From Pyrodictium abyssi (lineage in GTDB: Archaea > Thermoproteota > Thermoprotei_A > Sulfolobales > Pyrodictiaceae), in the NCBI RefSeq assembly GCF_036323395.1, contig NZ_AP028907.1, positions 1,980,001 to 2,012,000 on the forward strand: DNA of 32,000 nt. Direction: 5' to 3'. A program made the position numbers and the translations under genes. This document shows, piece after piece, positions 30,650-32,000 of the stretch; within the stretch, counting starts at the first letter, position 1, and each line of letters opens with the position of its first letter. The notes under the pieces are model-generated. The model did not search any database. It saw nothing but the letters and a program-made list of their open reading frames with translations, and had not been told where the DNA came from.

Positions 30650-32000
30650 ATGGACATACTCTCCACGGCCATCTCCTACGCGTCGAGGCTAGGCGTCGAG
30701 TTTGCTGAGATAAGGCTAGAACGTACGCGCTTTGCCCGCATAGAGATACGTGATGGAGTATACAATGTCTCGTCCGGCATAGACTACGGCGCGGCGGTCA
30801 GGGTCTACGTTAACGGGTCAATGGGGTTCGCGTTCACGACGCGTATAGACACTGGATCCCTCCGCCGCGCCCTGGAGCAGGCCTACTCGCTCGCCCGCTC
30901 GGCGCCAGGCAGCCAGCCTAAACCGCTGCTCTTCGACCCAGTGGAGGACTACTACGAGCACCCGGTGAAGAAAAGCACCGAGGACGTGCCTATAGATGTG
31001 AAGCTCAAGGACCTTGCCGAGCTAGACAAACTGGTAGCCGAAAAGAACTTCGTAAAGTCTAGACTAGTAGTCTACAACGAGCGCGTCGAAGAGCGATACT
31101 ACGCAAGCACCGAGGAGAGGTTCATCGGCGAGAAGCGTGAGCTCTCCTACCTCTACGCTTCAGCCTTCGGCGAGGAGGCAGGGGTGCGCGGCTCAGCGCA
31201 CATAACCCAGGGCACAGTGAAGGGCTACACGCTGTGGGAGAAGACGCCGCAGGAGAAGATGGCGGAGGAGCTGCTCGGGAGGCTCCAGCGTCAGCTCCGC
31301 GCAAAGACGCCGAGGGCGGGGAACTTCCCAGTAGTGATAGCGCCGGAGGCCCTCGGCGTCTTCGTCCACGAGGCCTTCGGCCACCTAGCAGAGGCGGACC
31401 TTGTGGAAGCGGGTAGCGCGCTTAAGGGCAAGAAAGGGCAGCAAGTAGCCTCCAGCCTGGTAAGCATAGTAGACGACCCGGGTATCGACGATGGGTTTGG
31501 GACGCTGCGCTACGACGACGAGGGCGTACGCACAGCCAGGGCAGTCATAGTCGAGAAGGGCATACACAAGCAGATAATGACCGACAGGATTCACGCAGCG
31601 GTGCTAGGGGCAGAGCCCACTGGCAACGCTAGGGCTGAGTCCTTCCGCTACCCCCCACTCGTCAGGATGAGAAACACTGTGATGCTGCCGGGCGACCATA
31701 GCGTAGAGGAGCTCTTCGAAGGCGTAGAGTTCGGGTACTACATAGTCTCGACAGCAGGCGGCCAGACCAATATAGACGGTAACTTCCAGGTCGGCGTCGA
31801 GGAGGCCTACGAGATAGTCAAGGGAGAGATAGGCGAGCCAGTACGCAACCTTAGCATAGTAGGCAATACTCTGGAGACTCTCCTCAACATAGATGCCGTG
31901 GCTAAGGACTTCGGCCTATTCTACGGCAGGTGTGGCAAGGGCCAGCTAGTCTACGTGTCTGACGGTGGCCCCCACGTGAGAGTACGCAGGATGACGGTTG
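30650..32000 (+). CDS. tldD: TldD-family metalloprotease; the 3' end lies beyond the window
   Basis: It is absent from the ORF track because no stop occurs in the window. My translation reads MDILSTAISYASRLGVEFAEIRLE...VHEAFGHLAEAD...RYDDEGV...GNARAESFRYPPLVRMRNT...QVGVEEAYEI. HEAFGH is the zinc motif. TTG 30638 is an alternative start. Confidence 0.9.
   Translation, partial: MDILSTAISYASRLGVEFAEIRLERTRFARIEIRDGVYNVSSGIDYGAAVRVYVNGSMGFAFTTRIDTGSLRRALEQAYSLARSAPGSQPKPLLFDPVEDYYEHPVKKSTEDVPIDVKLKDLAELDKLVAEKNFVKSRLVVYNERVEERYYASTEERFIGEKRELSYLYASAFGEEAGVRGSAHITQGTVKGYTLWEKTPQEKMAEELLGRLQRQLRAKTPRAGNFPVVIAPEALGVFVHEAFGHLAEADLVEAGSALKGKKGQQVASSLVSIVDDPGIDDGFGTLRYDDEGVRTARAVIVEKGIHKQIMTDRIHAAVLGAEPTGNARAESFRYPPLVRMRNTVMLPGDHSVEELFEGVEFGYYIVSTAGGQTNIDGNFQVGVEEAYEIVKGEIGEPVRNLSIVGNTLETLLNIDAVAKDFGLFYGRCGKGQLVYVSDGGPHVRVRRMTV

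Noticed and set aside
1-32000. A search for CRISPR arrays, transposases, integrases, IS ends or prophage-like blocks
   Set aside because: I noticed no regularly spaced direct repeats, no recombinase-like ORFs and no obvious compositional island. The only AT-rich patches are short promoter or terminator regions.

Overview
The window reads as chromosomal DNA from a hyperthermophilic crenarchaeon, probably Desulfurococcales-like. This taxonomic guess is an inference from roughly mid-50s % GC (judged by eye), heavy ATA/AGG/CTA codon use, many GTG/TTG starts, TATA-box promoters and short gene overlaps. I support 35 protein-coding genes. I found no rRNA, tRNA, CRISPR array, transposase or integrase.

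Positions 1-12.2 kb hold the conserved archaeal information-processing superoperon. The order is aIF5B (partial, minus strand), then S6e, aIF2-gamma, Fcf1-type PIN, Rpo7, Spt4, DUF359-type dephospho-CoA kinase, S24e, S27ae, Kae1, Bud32, ITPase, S15, RecJ/Cdc45-like, Pcc1, S3Ae and a THUMP-SPOUT fusion.

Positions 12.2-14.8 kb hold three orphan proteins and a metallophosphoesterase. DNA ligase, a CPA2 antiporter with a CBS pair, a DUF2299-like protein, a KaiC-like ATPase, a small membrane protein and a Cas4-like Fe-S protein follow.

The last third holds an aminotransferase, an MDR-like dehydrogenase with guaA, divergent guaB, a TIM-barrel isomerase, proC, an extended rhomboid and tldD (partial).

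I do not see a clear-cut novel multi-gene system. The most unusual items are:
- A Cas4-fold protein that keeps the 4-Cys cluster but appears to have lost its D/ExK catalytic residues. It lies in a DUF2299 / KaiC-like / membrane-protein neighbourhood.
- guaA and kae1, whose conserved N-termini lack a nearby in-frame start codon, while an ATG sits exactly one nucleotide out of frame.
- A recurrent AGCCCC/GGGGCT-stem hairpin seen almost only in intergenic DNA.
- A structured leader upstream of rps15.
- Three long (240-360 nt) ORF-free intergenic regions.

All functional calls rest on motifs read by eye and on known archaeal synteny. No database search was run.
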